A DNA stretch of 64,000 nt, taken from contig CAWCTR010000008.1 in assembly GCA_963798485.1 (NCBI GenBank), forward strand, positions 160,001-224,000, read 5' to 3'. Under the pieces are notes generated by a model. It saw only the letters and a program-made list of their open reading frames with translations. It did not search any database and was not told where the DNA came from. The stretch is from an uncultured delta proteobacterium (GTDB lineage Bacteria; Desulfobacterota; Desulfomonilia; UBA1062). How positions within the stretch are numbered: the stretch's first letter is position 1; each line of letters opens with the position of its first letter. Positions 59,063 to 64,000 of the stretch are shown one piece after another. A program made the position numbers and the translations under genes.

Positions 59063-61471
59063 ATGGAGAATGAGAAACAGGCAATAGAGATACCCGAGAA
59101 CATCCCGCTATTACCCATCAGGGATGTCGTCATATACCCATATATGATTTTGCCCCTGTTTGTGGGTAGGGGCCTGTCCATCAAGGCGGTGGATGAGGCG
59201 CTCAACAAAGACAGGTACATCTTTTTGGCCGCGCAGAAGGACTCCACCGTCGAGGAACCCAGCGAAGAGCAGATCTTCACTGTGGGCACGGTGGCCATGG
59301 TCATCAGGATGCTCAAGCTCCCGGACGGCAGGGTGAAGATCCTGGTCCAGGGTGTTGCAAAGGCCCGCATCAAGTCTTTCAACAAGGATGAGAAGGGATT
59401 CTACAGCGTTAATATCGAGAAGATCGAGGAGCCCGAGCTCAAGGAGATCACGGTCGAGGTAGAGGCCATGATGCGCACGGTAAAGGAGCAGTCCGAGAGG
59501 ATTCTCCAGCTCCGCGGCATTGTCTCACCTGATGCGCTGTCCATCCTGGAGGCAATAGACGACCCGGGCCGCTTAGCGGACCTGGTGGCATCAAACTTAA
59601 GGCTCAAGGTGGAGGAATCCCAGCATGTGTTGGAGATCGTCGACCCCATTGAGCGACTCCGCCATGTCAATCAGCTCCTTAGTAAGGAAATGGAGCTCTC
59701 CGAGGTCCAGGCCAGGATACAGACCCAGGCAAAGGAAGAGATGAGCAAGACCCAGCGCGAATACTTCCTGCGCGAGCAATTGCGCGCCATCCAGCAGGAG
59801 CTGGGCGAGGTGGACGAGAAGGGCAAGGAGATCGAGGAGTACCAGGAAAAGATAAACAGCGGCGGGATGCCCGAGGATGTGAAGAAGGAGGCAATCAAGC
59901 AGATCGATAGGCTCCGGATGATGCATCAGGACTCGGCCGAGGCCAATATCATCAGGACCTATCTCGACTGGATGACCGATCTGCCCTGGGGCAAGGCCAC
60001 GCAGGACAGGCTCGATATCAAGGGTGCGGCAAAGAATCTCGACGAGGACCACTATGGTCTGGAAAAGGTCAAACAGCGCATCTTAGAATATCTGGCCGTG
60101 CGCAAGCTCAACCCGGATAAGAAGGGCGCGATCCTGTGCTTTGTGGGGCCCCCGGGTGTCGGCAAGACTTCACTCGGCAGGTCAATCGCGCGGGCGCTCG
60201 GCAGGGAATTCTACCGGCTCTCCATCGGCGGCGTGCGCGATGAGGCCGAGATCAGGGGCCACAGGCGGACATACATCGGCGCCATGCCGGGCCGCATTGT
60301 CCAGGGCATCAAGCAGGCAGGCTCCAACAACCCGGTCTTCATGATCGACGAGGTGGACAAGATCGGCCAGGACTATCGGGGCGATCCGTCTTCGGCGCTG
60401 CTTGAGGTGCTCGACCCAGAGCAGAATTTCTCATTCCAGGACCACTACCTGAATGTGCCCTTTGATTTGTCCAGGGTTATGTTCATCACCACGGCAAACC
60501 TCATAGACCCCATCCCCGGCCCGTTGAAGGACAGGATGGAGATCATCGAGCTGCCGGGTTACACGGACCAGGAGAAGCTGCAGATCGCCAAGCGCTACCT
60601 GGTGTCCAGGCAGGTAGGTGAGAACGGTATGAAGTTTGAGGATATAAAGTTCTCGGATGAGGCCATTCTCGACCTCATCAACCACTATACGAAAGAGGCA
60701 GGGGTAAGAAACCTGGAGCGCGAGATCGGGTCTATCTGTAGAAAGGTGGCCCGTGACATTGCAGAAAAGAACGGCAAGCGCAAGAAGATCTACCATATAA
60801 CCGCGAACAGCGTGTCCAGATACCTGGGCGTACAGAAATTCCTGCCTGAACAGGAGCGCACGGAGCACGAGGTGGGGGTATCTACAGGTCTTGCCTGGAC
60901 GCAGTTCGGCGGCGAGATCCTCTACATCGAGGCCTCAGTCCTTAAATGCCATGAGGGCAAGGGGGGCAACCTGGTGCTCACCGGCCACCTGGGAGATGTG
61001 ATGAAGGAATCGGCCCAGGCCGGGCTGACGTATATCCGCTCGCGGGCAAAGGACCTTGGCATACCTGATACCTTCAATAAAGATAATGATATCCACGTGC
61101 ATGTGCCGGCAGGGGCCATCCCCAAAGACGGCCCGTCCGCAGGCATCACCATGGCAACCGCCGTCATATCGGCGCTCACCAACAAGGCGGTCCGTAAGGA
61201 TATCGCCATGACCGGCGAGATAACACTGCGTGGCAAGGTGCTTCCCATTGGCGGGCTCAAGGAAAAGACCTTGGCTGCGCACCGCAACAAGATTTTCGAG
61301 ATCATCATCCCCAAGGACAACGAAAAGGACCTTGAGGATATACCGCCGCTGGTCATGAAGAAGTTGAAATTTTACCCGGTGAGCTCCATGGACGATGTGC
61401 TTAAGCACGTGTTCGTTCAGGAAAAGGCAGAAAAGAAGGCAACCCTCAAGCCGGCCAAGGCGGCAGGCTGA
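59063..61471 (+). CDS. lon: Lon protease
   Basis: [35 protein letters not shown]. Confidence 0.97.
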   Translation: MENEKQAIEIPENIPLLPIRDVVIYPYMILPLFVGRGLSIKAVDEALNKDRYIFLAAQKDSTVEEPSEEQIFTVGTVAMVIRMLKLPDGRVKILVQGVAKARIKSFNKDEKGFYSVNIEKIEEPELKEITVEVEAMMRTVKEQSERILQLRGIVSPDALSILEAIDDPGRLADLVASNLRLKVEESQHVLEIVDPIERLRHVNQLLSKEMELSEVQARIQTQAKEEMSKTQREYFLREQLRAIQQELGEVDEKGKEIEEYQEKINSGGMPEDVKKEAIKQIDRLRMMHQDSAEANIIRTYLDWMTDLPWGKATQDRLDIKGAAKNLDEDHYGLEKVKQRILEYLAVRKLNPDKKGAILCFVGPPGVGKTSLGRSIARALGREFYRLSIGGVRDEAEIRGHRRTYIGAMPGRIVQGIKQAGSNNPVFMIDEVDKIGQDYRGDPSSALLEVLDPEQNFSFQDHYLNVPFDLSRVMFITTANLIDPIPGPLKDRMEIIELPGYTDQEKLQIAKRYLVSRQVGENGMKFEDIKFSDEAILDLINHYTKEAGVRNLEREIGSICRKVARDIAEKNGKRKKIYHITANSVSRYLGVQKFLPEQERTEHEVGVSTGLAWTQFGGEILYIEASVLKCHEGKGGNLVLTGHLGDVMKESAQAGLTYIRSRAKDLGIPDTFNKDNDIHVHVPAGAIPKDGPSAGITMATAVISALTNKAVRKDIAMTGEITLRGKVLPIGGLKEKTLAAHRNKIFEIIIPKDNEKDLEDIPPLVMKKLKFYPVSSMDDVLKHVFVQEKAEKKATLKPAKAAG

Positions 61472-61494
61472 GATAAACTTGTTGAGAGTCAGCA

Positions 61495-61532
61495 AAAACC
61501 GCCCTGCAGGGATTAACCTGCAGGGCGGTTTT
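61495..61532. terminator. Terminator after lon
   Basis: AAAACCGCCCTGCAGG-GATTAA-CCTGCAGGGCGGTTTT. Confidence 0.88.
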
Positions 61533-61580
61533 ATTCGATCAAGGTATCGTGCATAGAGCTGGTCCTGAAAACTATGCTAT

Positions 61581-61723
61581 GAGACCTTTGCATAACCTAC
61601 TCATCGGTCATTGCGAGGAGCCGAAGGCGACGTGGCAATCTCGATAAATCCAGAGAAGTGCCAAGATGCAGGGATTGCTTCGCTGCGCTCGCAATGACCG
61701 ACATAGGGTTATGCAAAAGTCTC
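61581..61723. mobile_element. 143-bp MITE-like element with 17-bp TIRs, 5-bp target duplication and a nested palindromic repeat
   Basis: GAGACCTTTGCATAACC...GGTTATGCAAAAGTCTC (16/17 match) flanked by GCTAT on both sides; internal CGGTCATTGCGAG...CTCGCAATGACCG. Confidence 0.8.
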
Positions 61724-61936
61724 GCTATACAGGCTTTCTTAAAAGCGTTCATCTATAGCAGGAATAAACGGTATTAGGAAATCGTCTCAGACCCCAGTTT
61801 TCATTTTACTATGATGGAATTATCAAAGAAGATCAGAGGGGTCTTGGGTGAGTGATTATTTCCCTGAATTACTCTTATATGGGCAATCGTATTGCCCATA
61901 ATGGTTATAGTATAAAACACAAAGGGGGGATATTCC

Positions 61937-62959
61937 ATGAAGAAGTTGTTTGTCTTTGCAGCAGTGCTGTTTATCTTCTCTATCCTTTCTGTTCCCTGTT
62001 CTGCTGAAGATAAGGTCTACAAGATCGAGGTCCTTCAGGTAGCCAAGATAGATGTATTTGATATGGCATTCTATGGATTTCTCGACACCCTCAAGAGTGG
62101 GGGTATTATTAAGGGAAAGAACCTCACGGTGAACCGTGTCATTATAGACTACAACATCGAAGGAGGGGGTTTTCTGGACAAGGCCGGGCTGTATCTAAAG
62201 CTCAGGAGTGAGGCATCCCGCATTGCCGAAGCAAAGCCTGACCTTGCAGTGACCATCGGCACTCCTGCAACCAAGTATACCCGGGATAAGATCACCGCTG
62301 CAGGGGTCCCGCTGCTCTTTATCGCCGTGGCTATTCCCCAAGCCGCAGGGTGCAAGTCGCTCACCGATGGAGGCCCGGGGGTTACGGGCGCCACGTTGTA
62401 TATGGACATGAAGAACGTCATGAAGATCGTGAAGGCTGCCTTCCCCAAGATCAAGACCATCGGTATGGTGAGCAGCGATGATGAGAACGGTATCGCCCAC
62501 GTGAAGGAGGCCATGAAGACTGCCCCGGCATTCGGCATGACCGTAATCTCCAAAGAGGTTACCAAGAAAGACAGTATCCTTCCCTCGATGAAAGCCCTCA
62601 AGGAACAGGGTATAGATGCCGTTGCCATTCCTCTTGACACATACTACGGCATTAAAAACTACCAGTATGTGAATGAAGTTAACGAGTTCTGCAGGCAGAA
62701 TAAGATCCCCATCATCAGCTTTGTCTTCCAGCACACCAAGGGGGCAGTGCTCTCTGTGGGCACTGATTTTGATACCGTGGGCGCCCTTGGCGGACAAAAT
62801 GCCCTGAAGATCCTGAAAGAGGGCAAGAAACCCGATCAGCTTCCCATACTCAAGCAGGAACACCTCAAGATCATGGTCGATACGGAGCGTATGAAGGCCC
62901 TGGGAATCAAGATCCCCCTGGAGATACTCAGGATAGCGAAGCCTGCCCAAAGTAGGTGA
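61937..62959 (+). CDS. ABC transporter substrate-binding protein (ABC_sub_bind/COG2984-like), orphan
   Basis: Signal peptide; PDLAVTIGTPA, VTGAT, KTIGMV, ILKEGKKPDQLPI, KALGIKIP. Confidence 0.85.
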   Translation: MKKLFVFAAVLFIFSILSVPCSAEDKVYKIEVLQVAKIDVFDMAFYGFLDTLKSGGIIKGKNLTVNRVIIDYNIEGGGFLDKAGLYLKLRSEASRIAEAKPDLAVTIGTPATKYTRDKITAAGVPLLFIAVAIPQAAGCKSLTDGGPGVTGATLYMDMKNVMKIVKAAFPKIKTIGMVSSDDENGIAHVKEAMKTAPAFGMTVISKEVTKKDSILPSMKALKEQGIDAVAIPLDTYYGIKNYQYVNEVNEFCRQNKIPIISFVFQHTKGAVLSVGTDFDTVGALGGQNALKILKEGKKPDQLPILKQEHLKIMVDTERMKALGIKIPLEILRIAKPAQSR

Positions 62960-62981
62960 ACGATCAAGAAAATATGCAATA

Positions 62982-63023
62982 AGGAAGAAGCTCCCCGCAT
63001 CCGTGAACGGGGAGCTTCTTCCT
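62982..63023 (+). terminator. Hairpin/terminator
   Basis: AGGAAGAAGCTCCCCG...CGGGGAGCTTCTTCCT. Confidence 0.75.
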
Positions 63024-63162
63024 GTTTATACAATCGAATTAAAAATAAGTCCTGCCATTGAATCGTCAGCATAAGCCCCTATAGAAGAATTGTGATGAAG
63101 CCTTTGTACCGTTATGTGTGTCCTCCTAAGGGTAATAGTGTGTCAAGGGATGGGTGAATGCC

Positions 63163-64000
63163 ATGAAAAAGAGATCAGAGAATTTATTGAAATTTATCAA
63201 CAATAAGGCCCCCGGACATGCTCAGACAATAGCCTCATACGCTGGACAGGTAAGAGATACAGAGCTCCTGGATGCATATTCCAGGGCCGTTATCTCGGTG
63301 GTCGATACGGTGAGCCCGACAGTAGTGAGCATCCAGGCAGGGGTTCATCAGCACAAGGCGGAACAAGACCAGTCTGCATCCGGATCAGGGGTTATCTTTG
63401 CCCCTGACGGCTATATCCTCACCAATGACCATGTGATCCATGGGGCAAAGCAGCTCCGGGTAACCCTCACGGATGGAAGCACAATGGCGGCAGCCACTGT
63501 CGGGACAGACCCAGCCACGGACCTTGCAATAATCCGGGCCAATGCCTCATCTCTTGAATACTCAAGCCTTGGCGATTCGAGCCAACTCAAGCCCGGCAGG
63601 CTCGTGATCGCTATCGGCAATCCCTTCGGGTTCCAATCAACAGTATCCACTGGGGTGGTAAGCGCGCTGGGAAGGGGGCTTAGAAGCAGAGACGGCAGGC
63701 TTATCGAGAACATCATCCAGCATACGGCCCCTTTAAACCCGGGAAATTCCGGCGGCCCCCTTGTGGACTCGACCGGGAATGTAATGGGAATCAACACGGC
63801 AATTATTTTTATGGCCCAGGGCATCGGGTTTGCCGTACCTGCCAACACGGCCAGGTGGGTGGTCTCACAGCTGCTTACCCATGGCAGGGTACGCAGGGGC
63901 TTTCTGGGTATATCAGGGCGGCAGTGGCCTCTGAACCGCAGGCTCATGAGGTATCACAATCTGCAGAACAACTTCGCCATCGAGGTGCTCTCGGTGGAGC
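63163..64000 (+). CDS. HtrA/DegP-like trypsin serine protease; partial, runs off the window
   Basis: LLDAYSRAV, GSGVIFAPDGYILTNDHV, TDLA, IAIGNPFG, NPGNSGGPL; absent from the ORF track because it has no stop in the window. Confidence 0.92.
   Translation, partial: MKKRSENLLKFINNKAPGHAQTIASYAGQVRDTELLDAYSRAVISVVDTVSPTVVSIQAGVHQHKAEQDQSASGSGVIFAPDGYILTNDHVIHGAKQLRVTLTDGSTMAAATVGTDPATDLAIIRANASSLEYSSLGDSSQLKPGRLVIAIGNPFGFQSTVSTGVVSALGRGLRSRDGRLIENIIQHTAPLNPGNSGGPLVDSTGNVMGINTAIIFMAQGIGFAVPANTARWVVSQLLTHGRVRRGFLGISGRQWPLNRRLMRYHNLQNNFAIEVLSVE

Noticed and set aside
27800-62950. Numerous long antisense or alternate-frame ORFs (e.g. 29848-30693, 39965-40825, 53665-54663, 62195-62950)
   Set aside because: They overlap well-supported genes, lack motifs, and are expected from GC-rich codon bias.
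63411-63947. 178-aa minus-strand ORF
   Set aside because: Antisense shadow of the HtrA-like protease on the plus strand.

Overview
Bacterial chromosomal window, probably from an anaerobic Desulfobacterota-like (deltaproteobacterial) organism; this is inferred from gene content only. 1-6.4 kb: an Orange-protein-type cluster (MinD-like ATPase tail, probable Mrp-NifB/NifX fusion), CoA-disulfide reductase-rhodanese, MBL hydrolase, radical SAM protein and a selenocysteine peroxiredoxin (in-frame UGA plus SECIS-like hairpin). 6.4-20.9 kb: an accessory, island-like block (gene debris, redox enzymes, RND efflux operon, AbiE type IV toxin-antitoxin with operator palindrome) that ends at a tandemly duplicated tmRNA 3'-end att-like site and a probable integrase remnant. 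21-34.7 kb: surface-protein genes, including a 7-blade repeat lipoprotein with hypervariable codons, a PKD lipoprotein, and a sigma54/enhancer-preceded operon of a small lipoprotein plus a giant (~2,400 aa, frameshifted) PEP-CTERM repeat protein. 35-64 kb: prfC, a TetR-controlled lipid/sterol-type catabolic operon, a CdaA-YbbR fusion, acyl-CoA ligase, a complete group 1 [NiFe]-hydrogenase/hyp locus, hsp20-lon, an ABC substrate-binding protein and an HtrA-like protease, with several REP-like palindromes and a MITE. Indels cluster at 1-2.7 kb and in parts of the PEP-CTERM gene and look like sequencing errors. All family calls come from motif recognition, not database searches.
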